Source of the DNA: Takakia lepidozioides
Taxonomy: Eukaryota > Plantae > Bryophyta
Assembly: GCA_030704615.1 (NCBI GenBank)
Contig: CM060732.1
Coordinates: forward strand, 41,788,001-41,852,000
Direction: 5' to 3'
Length of the DNA: 64,000 nt
Shown: positions 12,690 through 25,823 of the stretch, piece by piece
Position numbering within the stretch: position 1 is the stretch's first letter
How the letters are laid out: every line of letters starts with the position of its first letter
Notes under the pieces: generated by a model
Seen by the model: only the letters and a program-made list of their open reading frames with translations
Databases searched by the model: none
What the model was told of the DNA's origin: nothing
Position numbers and translations under genes: made by a program

Positions 12690-13760
12690 AGTGATTTGCA
12701 AAACAAGTTTTGGCCACATTCTACAAATGACCAACATGAGGGCCATGTTGCCATATCCATAGATCACTGCCCAACTGAAGTCATTGAGTAAGGATAATCT
12801 GCTGTGCAACTAGGTCCAGCACTATCGTGGACATGTCAAGAGAACATCAGCAATCATTTTGAGAATAAATTCAGGTAGTTCCAGAGAATGGTGGTGCCAG
12901 CTACCTTGTCACCCAAAGTGACATCCACTTCCAGGGCTGCCTTGAAATACATATCCACCAAGGCAGTGTTTAGAGTGACAACTGCAGCTTTGACGATGTC
13001 ATCATGGACCTTTGTGCCCTTTTGATGGCTGCCAGGCTCACATTTGACGTAGATGTACACCAGGGGAATGTTCAGAATGACATCTGGTACAATTCCAGCT
13101 TGGATAATGTCACCATAAACCTCTTTGCCCCTTCCCAGGGCTGCTAGGCTCGCATATGCATATTACAAAAACAAATGAACATGACGGCCTGGTCTGGCTT
13201 CATCCCTTCCCACATCATTTGCTCTTATGTTTCCAAAGCCTTAATCCCATACCCATGCTGCACATACCTTGCAATCATGGCACTCCAAAATACCACAACT
13301 CGTTCAGCCATATTGTCAAACTCTCCCTTCACATCAGGTTTGCTGCACCCACATTTGGCATACATGTCCACCAGGCAGAGTTCAGAATGACAATTTCCCC
13401 TTTAACGATCGGCATAAGCAAGGGGAAGGAGACAGCAGAGCTGCTGCTCTCTCCCAGCGCCAAAAAAACCAAAAGAAAAAAAAATGGAGGGGCTGAGAGA
13501 GCCACCATGGCTGTGAAGTACCAGTATGCTGCAACGTGATGTGGTTGGGCTTCACCCCTTCCCCCATCAATATTTGATCATAGGTCTCCAAAGCCTCCAT
13601 ACCATGTCCCTGCTGTGCATACCCTGCAAGCATCACCCATTCACAATCTCCAAAGCCTCCCTGCCAACCCTGTATATAAACAAAGTACACATAAGTTCCT
13701 TGCTTTGCATCCTCAATGCACCCACATTGGGCATACATGTCCACCAGGGCATACATGTCA
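12690..13760 (-). pseudogene. PLS-class pentatricopeptide repeat (PPR) pseudogene fragments
   Basis: Motifs ALVDMYAQCGCIEDA, MLAGYAQQGHGMEALE..GVKPNHIT, LVDMYAKCG..FDNMAERVVVFWSAMIARYVQHGYGIKAL, AYASLAALGRGKEVYGDII and NTALVDMY, broken by stops and frameshifts. Confidence 0.85.
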
Positions 13761-14452
13761 ACTTATCACACTAGTTCCTATGGTCAATTGCATCTGCTAC
13801 TCTTTGTAATCCAACAAGCATTCACCTTTTTGCCTCGATTGTCCCGCCATTGCCTGGGGTCAGAAAAGTATCAGATATCAACATGAAAATTTAGGGCCAA
13901 TTCTGATAAGAGGGAAAAACAGGGTGAAATCTGTTGAAGAAGGTACCTTCATTAGCAGTGCCTGATTTTATCAATTGAGCCGCTGGTGCTGTGGCTTCCA
14001 GTTCACCATCTACCCATGCAGGTTTCGTGTAGCTATCCTTCCACAGGGAATCATAGGTAATCTGGAGCTTGAAATTCGGCCCTCTTGATGAATCTGGACC
14101 CACACTCTATCCCTGCTCCTTCAGCTATCCAGACCTCTGCACAAATCATGCACACATCCTAGCCTTGCTGCAGCTAGCAGCTGAAGCAGCTGACACTGAC
14201 GCCCTAACCCTACCTACAGTAACATGTCAAAATCACTCCAAAACCACCATAGATCCACCAACGAGCTTCTCCTAATCTATGTTATCTGTTTTTGGATACT
14301 TTCCTGCTGCCACATCGGCAGTAACTTGTCAAAGTCACTCCTAACCACCACAGATCCACCCAACGAGCTAACTTACAGAATTCAATATGCATCTCAGGGC
14401 CGAGTCTGATGAGAGGGTAAAACAGGCAGAAATAGGTTGAAGAAGGTGCCCT

Positions 14453-16925
14453 CACCACATTGTCAACCTTGACCTAGTGTCATGACCCATGGAGGATTTG
14501 ACAGACCATCAACCCAAAGATCCTCTTGTGTGTGCTGCTTGTGTCCATCGTCAGGAACTGTCGGATTGGTTTGTGAGAACAACCACGGTGCAGCTGAGCA
14601 GAGATTGAAACACAGCCTGCTAAGACCAAGCTCTCTCCCAAGAACCTTGTAAACATCAGGAAGAATACCAAATCATGGTACTAACAGGAGCCAACAGCCC
14701 ACATTTACATGATGGACAAACTTCTTCACATCGTACATTAAGAAAAAGCCACACCTTGCGATTGCGGTTGTCGCACCATCGTGAAGGATCTTTACAAAAT
14801 TCATGCCTGCTCTGCTCCGTGCTGCAAATTCAGGGCCGAGTCTGATGAGCGGGCAAAACAGGCTGAAAAACGTCGAAGAAGGTGCCTTATGTCATTGAGA
14901 AACATACCTTCTCTTGAAGGCCTGCAAGAGCTGCGGACAGGACTGCCCCCTACACATCAATAGACAACCCGTATTGTCAGTAACACGACGACCTTGGAAC
15001 AGAGTTTAACTTGACATCCTGGGTAGGCCATTGCACCCCTCTACGACCAGGGCGATTGAGTTCATCAGAGTCAAGGGTAATAAAGAGAAGTGAAATATTA
15101 TCTGATAGACCTGATTATCTCCTGCATCCTTTTCTACAGCTACACATCAACAATGTACATTATGTATGTTGTATAAAGACACTTTGTGCTAATGTTCTTC
15201 AGCTCCCAAATTTCTTACGCTCTCTCAAACTTAACTCCTGCCCATTTTGTGAGTGAAATCAGGTAAGTATCTCCCCCACATAGTATGCCTCAAAGCAGGT
15301 TAGTCAATGAGCCAAATCTGTGGCCTACTTGCAGCACAGTGAATCTACTTTGTTTCACACAAGCAACTGTGAGAAGCATGATATTCCCAAAACAGGGGGC
15401 CTCAAGGACCCCCAGACATGAAATTTTGGATCAAAAAACAGCAAACGTTGCATAGAGACAAAACAGCTCGTGGCAATGGTGGGGCACTGCAAGTGTTTCA
15501 TCTTTGGCAGAGGTTGGGTGTATTTTGGTGTGGGTTCCCTTCAAGTCCTCATTGGCTAATTGTGGTAATCTCCTACTTGATAGATCTAGTGGTTGAAGAG
15601 AAGGAACAAGTGAGATCTGCTTGATCCCTCTCTAGACCTGTATTTCTCCTTTCAACTAGCACATTCTACCTTCTCTCTCTCCTTCTCTCTCTCACACACA
15701 ATGTGCGCGCATCTATGGCCACAAGGCTACTGCAAACAATGTCTTATCAGTACACTCTCTCATGATAAAGTTCATTATCCACCTCATTCTTGCCAACTAC
15801 AAGACCACCTGCCATAGCTTTTGGCAACAACCCATAAAACAGTCACCACCAGTCTGCCAGGCAGGGCATCCATCTCAAATATTTCCAAGTTAGATTGTCA
15901 ACCAACATTGAGGACTCCCAACTGTTGGGACCTATGGCTGCAAGGTTACAACGTCCATGTAAAGGTAAATGAATTACACTCATGGGTAAGTCCCTGCCAT
16001 CTAATATATGGCAAAGGGACTTTGTAAAGAAGGTAGAAAAGATGGAAGGAGTGATTACCTGAGAGAAACCAACAAGGCCATCAAAGGGCCCATGCATCTT
16101 CATGTAGTCAGATATGAAAGAGATAGTCTCCTCGACACCTTGAAATTCTGTGAATTCCTGCTTGCAAAATATTCTCAGTGTAAAAAATAATGCACTCACA
16201 CAGATCCAGTCCAGATTGATTTTACACTAGCCCACAGTTGGGGTTCGGGGAACTGTCTCACCCACCCTGCATAACCCTGGCTTCAGCTACATTCATATGC
16301 CATCATTGATAAGGAAATCAGAACATGTACATGGCTTACTACCAATTTTCAGACCTTCCAAACACCCTCCAGTGGGAACTTCGACCCGCATGTGGATGGT
16401 TGTAGAGCTTTCTCAAGTGGTGTGAAAATATGCAATGGCATGGTACCCTTACCAGTGATTTTCTAAGAACTCCTTCCTCCACAACAGAGGTAATTTAACA
16501 GGGCCCAGAACGAGTTATGTGACTATCGCTAGCAAAGAGCTTGCCATGAAGAACACGTCAATGCAAACTTTGAATATTGTCTTGAGCAAATGGCGCTCGT
16601 AAGAGAGACACACCACATTGTCCTCGACCTTGTGTCATGACCCATCGAGGATTTGACTGACCACCTCTTGTGTGTGCTGCTTGTGTCTGTAGTCAGGTAA
16701 TGTCGGATTGGTCTGCGAGAGGATTGGTCTGCGAGAACCACCACGATGCAGCTGAGCGGGCGGAGATTGAAACACGGCCTGCTAAGACCAAGCCGACTCT
16801 CCCAAGAACGTTGTAAACATCAGGAAGAATACCAAATCATGGTACTAAGAGCCCACATTTGCAGGATGGACAAACATGTTCACATCGTACATTAAGAAAA
16901 GCCACACCTTGCGATTGCGGTTGTC
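14453..16925 (+). repeat. Dispersed ~315 bp direct duplication (14453-14773 and 16611-16925)
   Basis: Both copies run from caccacattgtc...gtcatgaccca through gtaaacatcaggaagaataccaaatcatggtactaa to gccacaccttgcgattgcggttgtc. Confidence 0.9.
16059..16157 (-). pseudogene. Isolated exon of an FSH1/OVCA2-type serine hydrolase
   Basis: EFTEFQGVEETISFISDYMKMHGPFDGLVGFSQ (GPFDGxxGFSQG nucleophile motif), flanked by a cag acceptor and a gtaatc donor. No other exons were recognised nearby. Confidence 0.7.
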
Positions 16926-17115
16926 CACCCAAGCTATTGCATATCCTGCAGATCCTCCCACGCAAACACAACAAAACAATCAAGTCCCATAACTTACTCA
17001 TCGCTGAACGCAATCCCGCAACCCTAAATCCATTTTGAATTATTTGGATGAATGTATCGTAGATGGATGGATTTTGGGTTTTCCATCAATCTATCCATCC
17101 ATCCATTTAATTTTT

Positions 17116-17325
17116 CGTTCATCCAATAGTTGCCAGCAAGGCGTTTGCTTTATCGTTCATCCATACGTTCATCCAGTGCACACAAATTATATTTCATACG
17201 TTCATCCAACAGCTGCCAGCAAGGCGTTTGTTTATCATTCGTTCAGATAATTCAGTTGTTCTGTTTCACTAACCTTTCATACGTTCATCCAATAGCTGCC
17301 AACAAGGCGTTTGTTTATCATTCGG
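17116..17325. repeat. Three tandem copies, ~83 bp period
   Basis: cgttcatccaa.ag.tgcca.caaggcgtttg.tttatc at ~17116, 17199 and 17282. Confidence 0.8.
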
Positions 17326-17524
17326 CCTCACCTATCACAGAGATAAGCGCTTGTATTTTAGCTTTGACCCCCATGATCCCTTGATCCCCCGATCCCCGAC
17401 TGTAAAGTCTGCTCCCCCGTTTATCTATTCCAATTATGATCTTCACAATGACAGACTGTTGGAGAGGCAAAGCATGCACTTACTCAAAAGATGCACGTAG
17501 CGTCCCAAATCAATGTGCTCCCGT

Positions 17525-18398
17525 CTAAACAATAGATCCTCCCAGGCCCGCACTGCACGTCCCTTTGGCATCGTTGCCCTTGCACCACAAAACTAGGAAG
17601 TGGGCAGTTTCTGTTGCTGCAAATTCATGAAACGTTCGGGCACGTACCATGCGAAGAAATGCTCGGCAGGAGTCGACGATCTGCATTTTGTCCTGCATTG
17701 TACCATATCTAAGCTGACCCTCTGCCAGGAGCACTTCTTTCAACATAGTCTCCTGATTCTGAAAATTCCCAAACGTCTGCCATCATCCATGCAAGAAGAG
17801 TCCAAATCCATGGTAGGGCAGTTTGTGAGCAGTCTGCGGTGCAAAAAGCATCATGATATGACTGGGGCAAATGTCGTGTCTTAGATCGGCCAAAGGATAC
17901 AAGTGTGAAACAGGGGGTCGAGGGTCCATGGTAGAAAAAACTTGGAGGAGAACAGGGACCGGAGGCAGTCAGGCTGGACATTGACGTTTCAGCCAGGTGA
18001 CAATGGCATCAGATTCTTTGGCAGTTCTTAGGAGAGGGAATTCAGGAAGCAGACGTCGAACGTCCTGCTCCTCCAGCAATAGTTCAACAATATCAAACTG
18101 GAGATCTACAGATGAGGGGGGAGCAGAAGAGGAGGGAGCAGCAGAGGGGGAAACGGTGCAAGGGGGACATGACGTGGGGGGACCTGATATGGGGCGAGCA
18201 GACCTGTTTGCAGCAGAGCCGGGGGGGGGTAGACGATGAAGGGGGAGCAGAGACGGGCATGATGGGGGGAACAACATTCACCGGACAGGAGGGTGTTACG
18301 ATAGGAGTACTCATCTTTCCCACAAGGTAGCTCTCAAAATCTTCCAACTCCAGCCCAATGGATAGAGCACAGGGAATGCCGTCTTTGCAGGTGCTCCA
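17525..18398 (-). pseudogene. C-terminal part of an unknown gene displaced by the inversion
   Basis: WSTCKDGIPCALSIGLELEDFESYLVG..., a Pro/Ser linker, then one frame from 18277 to 17525 (DLQFDIVELLLEEQ...LVLWCKGNDAKGTCSAGLGGSIV) with only two internal TGA codons. Confidence 0.55.
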
Positions 18399-19073
18399 TG
18401 CCATATCCGCGACTTCGAGCAACAGCACATTGAAAGCCTGGACATATCCCCGAATGTCATCTGTTTGCTTCAAATTCCTCATCTTGTCCCGGGCAAGCCA
18501 GGACGCGTTGAGGGGCACAAACTATCGCTTCATCAATTCCTTGAACCCATTCCAGTTCAAGGTTTCCGGACTTGGACCTCGGTCGTGAAGGCGTTTCTGC
18601 CACCATTGTTGAGCATAGCCCCTCAAATAGGTGGGAGCCACTTCCACCCGATCCTCGTCACTCAACTTGGCTGCTCGGAAGTACTGCTCTAGCTCCAAGA
18701 GCCAGGTGTTGAGTGCCTTCCGATTTCGGACGCCCTCGAAGGTGCCGGGTTCCTTAGGCTTCACCTTAAACTTTGCCTTAGCGGAAGTGGCATTAGCCGC
18801 CTTCAACACGTCTTTCGACGTCCCGCCAAACTGCGCCAACAACCCTTCCCAAAAAGCTGCCGGCATGGGAGGCATCTGTTGGTTTGTCGGAGCTCTCAGG
18901 GATTCCTCGGGCTCCGACTCCTCGGATCCCTCCCGCTCTTGAGCGGTGTCGTTTTCGAAAACCTGCGTCGCTTCCTCAAATGGCCGCTTCGGTGACGCGT
19001 CGCCCCCATCAAGCTCACCAGGATCATCATCTTTTGGGCCGTTCCGCTTTCGCTTTGGCTTGCCCGACCCCAT
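18399..19073 (-). pseudogene. gag: N-terminal half of chromovirus gag (inverted relative to the rest of the element)
   Basis: KPKEPGTFEGVRNRKALNTWLLELEQYFRAAKLSDEDRV..YLRGYAQQWW...FVPLNASWLARDKMRNLKQTDDIRGYVQAFNVLLLEVADMA, a Galadriel-like capsid. It is preceded by a degenerate PBS tagtattagagc (19115-19126, minus strand). Confidence 0.9.
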
Positions 19074-19128
19074 GATGAGGCCAATCCCAAGGACGATCGC
19101 GTACTGAACTCTAAGCTCTAATACTAAG

Positions 19129-19846
19129 TGTTGCGCACCTCACTTCGGTAAGCTCCCCTTCAAGTCATAGTTACTCGCTTTGATGCGCACGCCTGACTCC
19201 CAACTTGGCCCCGGGCCAACTTGGAGCTTCGGCTGCTCACCGGGACATAACGGTCCCCCTTCGCTCTCCCACTAAACCCTCCACCTATTTGGGCCTGGTG
19301 GAATTCCCTTTGGTAGATGGCAGTCCAGAACAGCTCCCCACTCTTTGGTCGTTTTCCGGCTCGCTCGCTTACTCACTAATTTTTGGTCACCAACGGGCTT
19401 GCACCGTTCTCGGGGTCACTACTCCTCTTATATACACTTCTGTAGCTGTCAGCGGGGGTTTCACAACCAGCCATGCCATTTTATGGCGAACCACCACGAA
19501 AACCCTCGACTCCCGGTGATAAGTCGCGGTGAGTCTTGGCCCACTCACCACGGCCCCTATGGACCGTGATGACTCCCCACGACTCCCACCACGAGGTCTC
19601 CGCCCCCATGGTGAGTCCTATGCCACCCCCACTAAGTCCCACTAAGCTACCACCACCCCTTGTGGAGCCACCCCCACTGCAACCCGGTGTGCGGGGCTCC
19701 ACCTAGTGAGCGCCTCCGCCTCTTTGAGTGCCTTGGGTACTCAAGGGTGCTTCAACCCCCCATACCTATCGTTGCCGCTGCCCCCACCACAAGGGCAGCC
19801 CCTCATGTGTCCCGACCCCCTGCCCTCAAGGTAAAGGGTCGCGACA
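19129..19846 (-). repeat. Chromovirus 5' LTR (718 bp), inverted
   Basis: It is the reverse complement of 25824-26550, with about 19 substitutions (mostly transitions) and one 9-bp indel counted by eye. Termini are TGTCGCG...CGCAACA, and it is adjacent to the PBS. Confidence 0.95.
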
Positions 19847-21030
19847 CAAAGACTAGGCCTAAGGTTGTTCCCCCTGAGGATGGTATGCTGGTTTTTTTGG
19901 CACAAGCCTAAGAAAGGGGACGAGGTTCCTTTCTGGTATACGCCAACTGAGTGGGAGGAGATGATAGTGGAGGCAGAGGCGGACCTCAACGTTCGTGATG
20001 GCGCGAAACAAATGAATCCCTATAACTGCAAGTTTTGTGGGCGGCCCATGAAGGATAAGGTTAGGTTGAATAGGCATGTCATTGATGGGGAGGGTTGTCC
20101 TTGGTTGAACATGGTGGATGGTTGGGACGAGGTTCAGTTGCCACTAAAACCCTGGCCCGCTGCCGAGTTCCCGAAGCAGGTTACTAATTTTGTGGAGAGA
20201 TTAAGAGGGTGTACAAACCCCGAAGCGCGGCGCGTACCAGGAGACGACGTGTCCCCTACTGATTGGCAGCAGCAGCCCAAAGGAGTGAGAAAAGGGAAGC
20301 TTGATGCGCCTGCACCATCACAAGCGGCTGCCCCTCACAAGAAGAGTAGCCGTAGTGGGTCTGACACCGATTTTGAGCGCACCAAACCAAAGAAGGGGGC
20401 AAAAAAGGTTAAGATTGTTACTATTTTATCCTCTGCCCGTGAGAGACAAGCCAAAGTGCGGCCTGAACTTGCTGTCACTTCGAGTAGAAAGCCAAAGAAA
20501 AAATATCCCTACAGCTGTGAGCAGCCAGCAGCAGAAATGGGGGGGATCGGACATGGGGGGGATCCGTCTCAAAGTCAGGGGGGCCAGTCCAGAAAACAGC
20601 GAAGGCACGCAGATGTGGAGGAGCGGATTACTCATCAGGACGAGGGGGAGCAGCCTGGGAGCTCGGGGCCTCTTGCTGGGGATGGGGCCATGGACATCGA
20701 CCACGACACACCGCACCCGATCACTCCTGCTGGAACATTTATACTCCTGCAACATGGACTTCTCCCTTCCAATTTTGCTGACCAGAATGATGAAAGATTC
20801 TGGGATGCATTTGTGGGTTTCGCATGGAGTGGAGGGTTTGCAAAGCGAGTGGAGAGGGCTGAACGCTGCTGGAGAAGATGGCTTCTACAAGAACAGGTTT
20901 GCTTCACCCCCCAATCTTCTTTTGAGTGTCCGGCCATCTGCTCCCCCCAATAGTTTCCCAGGATTGTCCCCGGTTTGTAAATGCTCATTCTGTGTTGCAT
21001 TTTTGCCTGTAGATCAATGCTTCCGCGGGA
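19847..21030 (+). pseudogene. N-terminal/central part of the unknown zinc-finger-like gene interrupted by the chromovirus
   Basis: A 362-aa ORF contains YNCKFCGRPMKDKVRLNRHVIDGEGC and a basic/low-complexity middle. It lies outside the LTR and has no gag/pol similarity. Confidence 0.55.
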
Positions 21031-24000
21031 GAAATTGAAATGGTCTTCAACTTTGTGGCGGGGTTGGCCCCATGGGCCAGGCAGAAGTTGGAGGAGAAGC
21101 CACCTAAGACTTTGAACGAGGCAATTGAGAGGGCTGAATGTTTCTCAGATGTCCCTAGGGGTGAAAGACAAGGCCGTACGGAGCTGAACCACAAGAAGAC
21201 CCGGCGGGAAGGTGACTCTTTCCGACCGGAAAAGAAGTGGGATAGGCCACGCGGCGACAACGGCATGTGGAAATCGAAGGGAGGGCCATCACAAATCAAG
21301 GCGACACCCGGTGCTTCGAAAGGAAAAGCGGGTGGAGCGGCCTATGGCCGACAGAAGGCAACCTTTGATGGAGTGTGTTTCAATTGTGAGAAGCCCGGGC
21401 ACATGGCCAAGAAGTGCACGAAACCCCGGCAATTGAACATGATTCGGGCGACCACAGAGCTGTCGGAAGATACCATCAGTCGCTTGGTGGAAGCGGTGGT
21501 CGCCAGGACTTGCAAGGTAGGCAAATATTCTTGTGAGTTGTATCAGGAAACTGGCACATTGCGTAAAGGGAGTCACTTATTGTTCGTGGATGGGATAATA
21601 TCCGGAACTAACGTGTCATTGTTGGTGGACACAGGAGCGTCGCACTCCTTCATGACACCGGCAACGGCACAAAAGCTGGGACTCCCAACAACTGACGTAG
21701 GGGCCTCTATTGAGGTGCGTTCTGCCAAAAGAGAACCGCAATTGGCGACGAGGTTGGCGTTCGATGTTCCTCTTCAACTGGGGAGTTTGGGAGGGACGTG
21801 AGAACTTCACTGTCTGCGAGATCGATGGAGTGGATCTCATTTTGGGGATGACCTTTTTGAGCAAATCCGGAGCGGTCATAGATGGCCGCAAGAGGGTAGT
21901 CACGCTGCCATGTTGGAATGGTGGCGAGGTCTTACGAGTTTCGGAAACGTCCAAACCCGTGGGAGGGTGAATAAACCTTCTGTCAGCAAGGGAGTGGGCC
22001 GTGGAGGAGGCACACGAGCCCCAGTTTTTGCTCTACATTAGAGAAGTGAAGGGAGAAGGCGATGGAGAGCTGAGCCCAGATTGGATCAAGGGGATTTTGG
22101 AGAAATACCATGATGTGATGCCGGAGGATTTGCCAAGCGGTTTGCCACCACGAAGATGAGTTGACCACAAGATTGAGGTGATACCGGGATCGGAACCGCC
22201 TGCCAAGGCGCCCTACCGGTTGAGCCACAGAGAGTTGGTCGAGCTGAAGACTCAGCTCAAGGATCTAATGTCAAAGGGGTACATCCGGCCGAGTAAGTCA
22301 CCCTACGGAGCCCCGGTGCTATTTGCAGACAAGAAGGATGGGACGCTGCGGATATGTGTCGATTACAGGGCTCTGAATAAGGTGAGTATCAAAAACCGGT
22401 ACCCTTTGCCAAGGATCGACGACCTTTTCGATCGGTTGGCAGGAGCGAAGTATTTCAGCTGGATTGATCTGCGCTCCGGCTATCATCAAATTCGAGTGGC
22501 GAAAGGAGATGAGGAGAAGACCGCGTGCAGGACAAGGTATGGTTCATATGAGTTCTTGGTGATGCCTTTTGGGCTCACCAATGCACCAACGACATTTAGC
22601 ACGCTGATGAACAGCCTTTTCCAGGAGTGGTTGGATGACTTTGTGATCGTGTACATCGACGACATCTTGGTGTATTCGAAAACAAAGAAGGAGCACCTGG
22701 AGCACCTCAAAAGGGTGTTCTAGAAATTGCGGGAAGGGAAGCTGTATGCCAAAGCTTCAAAGTGCGAATTCGGGGTCACAAAAGTGGAGTTCCTGAGGCA
22801 TGTGATTACACAGAATGGGATCAGAATGGATGACAGGAAGGTGAGGGCCATCCTGGACTGGGAGCCTCCGACTTCGGTCCCGGGAGTACGATCCTTCCTA
22901 GGACTCGCCTCCTATTACCGGAAGTATGTGAGAAATTTCGCCAAGATTGCGGGGCCGCTGTCAGACCTTCTGTGTAAATCTAAAGTCTGGGCATGGAACA
23001 CCTTTTGTGGCCAAGCTTTTGCTGAATTGAAGCAGCGGATGGCGGAAGCTCCAGTCTTGAAAATCCCGGAGTTCGATCGTCCGTTCGAGATACATACAGA
23101 TACTTCGGACTTCGCGATTGGGGGTGTACTGATGCAAGATGGACGTCCAGTGGCTTACAAAAGTAAGAAACTGAATGAAGTGGAACGACGGTGGCCGACG
23201 CACGAGAAAGAGATGAAGGCGGTGGTGCACTGTCTTGAGCTTTGGCACCACTATGTTGGTTCCAACCAGTGAAGGTGTTCACGGACAATGTCACGGTGAA
23301 GTATTTTGCCACGCAGCCCAAGTTGTCCCCAAAACAACTTAGGTGGCAAGATATTTTGGCAACGTTCGACGTGGATATCCAGTACAAACCGGGACGAGAC
23401 AACGTGGTGGCCGATGCTTTAAGTAGAAAGCAGCAGCTCTTGTTGGTGTACAAGGGCGAGACGGCGCTCCAAAGGAAGATCCGAAAGGCTTGCCGGAAGG
23501 ATGAGCTGGCGAAGTCCGTGATGCAGGACTTGAGGATGGGGGTTAAATCGCAGTTCCACTTGCAAAATGGACTGCTCCGGTATAAGCAAAAGCGTCTCTA
23601 CGTGCCAAAGGGAGGGATCAGAGATAGCCTCTTGAGAGAATGCCATGGTAGCCCGCTTGCGGGCCACGGCGGAGCCAAGCGCACTGCGGCACTCTTGAAG
23701 AAAGAGTATTTCTGGCCCAAACTGAGGGAGGAGGTAGAGGAGTATGTCAAGACATGCACCACATGCCAACAAAACCGGAGCGAGTACAAAAAGCAAGCGG
23801 GGCTGTTACAACCCTTGCCGATTCCAGAGGGGACTTGGGAAAGCGTCTCGATGGATTTCATGACTGCTATGCCGCTGTCAAAAGGATTCGATGCAATCAT
23901 GGTGGTGGTGGATAGGTTCAGTAAAATGGGCCATTTCATCCCCACCAAGGAGACGGCAACGGCGTAGGAGACATGACAACTTTACTTCTCCCACGTCTTA

Positions 24001-24918
24001 AAGCATCATGGAGTCCCGAAGGATATTGTCTCGGACCGCGATCCAGAGTTTACGAGTAAATTTTGGAGGGCACTTTGGAAGAAGATGGGGACGAGGCTGA
24101 AGATGAGCACCGCCTTCCGACCTACGACCGATAGCCAAACAGAAAGAGTGAATTCCGTAGTGAAGCAGATCTTGCGGAATTACGTGTCGGCAGACCAAAC
24201 AGACTGGGTGGAACACTTAGACGCGGCAGAGTTCTGTTATAATAACACAGAACACTCCGCAACGGGAGTTTCCCCTTTCGTATTGGTCTATGGAAAAGCA
24301 CCTCTGGTTCCGACAAGTTGGGCCGCCCAGGACGTTGAGGAACCGGCAGTAGCGGCGGTACTGGAAGAACGCGAGCGTTTGTTGAAGCTCGCAAAGTACA
24401 ACATTGTCAAAGCTAGGAAACGGTATGAAAGGTAGGCGAATCGGAAGCGGAGGGAAGTGAAGTTTGAGGCAGGCACGGAGATCTGGTTGAACATCAAGAA
24501 TTTCCGACTACCTTCGGAAGTGAGTCCGAAGTTCGTACCTCCGTATGCGGGACCCTTTCGCATTCGGAAGGTTATGAATGAGAATGTGTATGAATTGGAG
24601 CTGTCGGCAAACAGCAAGGTGCACCCAGTATTCCATGTCTCCCTTTTGAAGCCTTACTTCAAAGATGAAGCGCGTCCGAATCGGCATCAAGTGTTGCGTC
24701 CGCCACCTATGCTGTTGGATCATGAAAATGAACCTGAGTACGAGGTGGAGGCAATACTTAAGTCGAGGAGGTTCAAGAACCGAGAAACGGAGTATCTCGT
24801 CAAATGGAAGGGCTATCATCATGTGGAGGCATCTTGGGTGCGTGCCTCAGAAATGGGAAACGCATCCGAGGCGGTTGCAGCTTTCGAAAAGCGACCTCAA
24901 AAGCGGAAGAAGCGTTGA
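21031..24918 (+). pseudogene. pol: Gag C-terminus and pol (protease, RT, RNase H, integrase, chromodomain) of a Galadriel-like Ty3/gypsy chromovirus; multiple stops and frameshifts
   Basis: CCHC knuckle CFNCEKPGHMAKKC; protease LVDTGASHSF; [34 protein letters not shown]; RNase H TDTSDFAIGGVL..THEKEMKAVVHCL; integrase CHGSPLAGH..CTTC, SMDF, VSDRDPEF; GPY/F-like YAGPF; chromodomain EYEVEAILKSR..EYLVKWKGY..EASW. Confidence 0.96.
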
Positions 24919-25823
24919 TGGGGACATCAACCTTGGAGCGTGGGGGAGGAAATGCATGCTTAGCCCGGCTTAGCTAGCTTAGGAATCCGATTGCAAAAAC
25001 TTGTATTGTACAAAACGTGCTATAAATGAAATGGCTTCCAAATGTTGTGCTTCCTATTTTGTTTGGAATGGTGATGCATGGTATGGTTGGCTAGTGTGTA
25101 GAATGCATGCTAGCTTATAAAAGTGGGAGAGGTAAATTGGGTTAATCGTGTGTTTGCGTAGTGCCGAAATCGGGTGACCCCCATCCAAGGGACAAGGAAA
25201 CTTGCGCCTTCTTTGGGAGTTCACGTGCTAGTGCGCACCTGGCGCGTGCGCATACTATAACTGCACTACCGAGGGGGTTGCCTTGTAGTGCGGGCTAATG
25301 CGGAAGCTACGTGCTTCTGTTCACGTACTATAATCGTGTAGCCTCGGGATGAAGTCGTAGTGCGGCTTCGGCGTGTTCCCGTACCTCAGGCCAGCATTCC
25401 AAGGCGGACCCAATTGTAGTGATTGGGGCGCACGGTTGGTTCAAGGTTATCTTCCTAGTCAAAGAGGGTTCCAGGTGAACCCTTGCTCAAGGTGATGCCA
25501 AAAGCGGCATCATGAGCGATCGCAAGCAATGTTGTTGCAGTAAGGCGATTCGATCCTCGGGGAGGATCGTTCCTTGGCCTTGAAGTAGGCCAAGAAGAGT
25601 GCACTGGGAGGAGCTGGAGAGGCTCCACCCTTGGCCGGGACTTGGAGGAAGTCGGCCGAACTAGCTAGTGGAGAGTAGAGTCAAGTGTGGGGTTTGGTTC
25701 TTTGCCATGGGACGCCATGGTGCGGAAACAAACTCCTTGATGTGGGACGCCACAACTGGGATGTTCGTTTCTACAAAATGGACAAGTCGATGAGGACATC
25801 GATTCCCTGTTGGTAGGGGTGTG

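Noticed and set aside
17116-17325. CRISPR-like repeat-spacer pattern
   Set aside because: The context is eukaryotic, there are only three degenerate copies with partly related spacers, and no cas genes are present.
19865-20953. The 362-aa ORF as an extra (env-like) retrotransposon ORF
   Set aside because: It lies outside the 5' LTR once the inversion is undone, and it continues across the TSD into the other flank.
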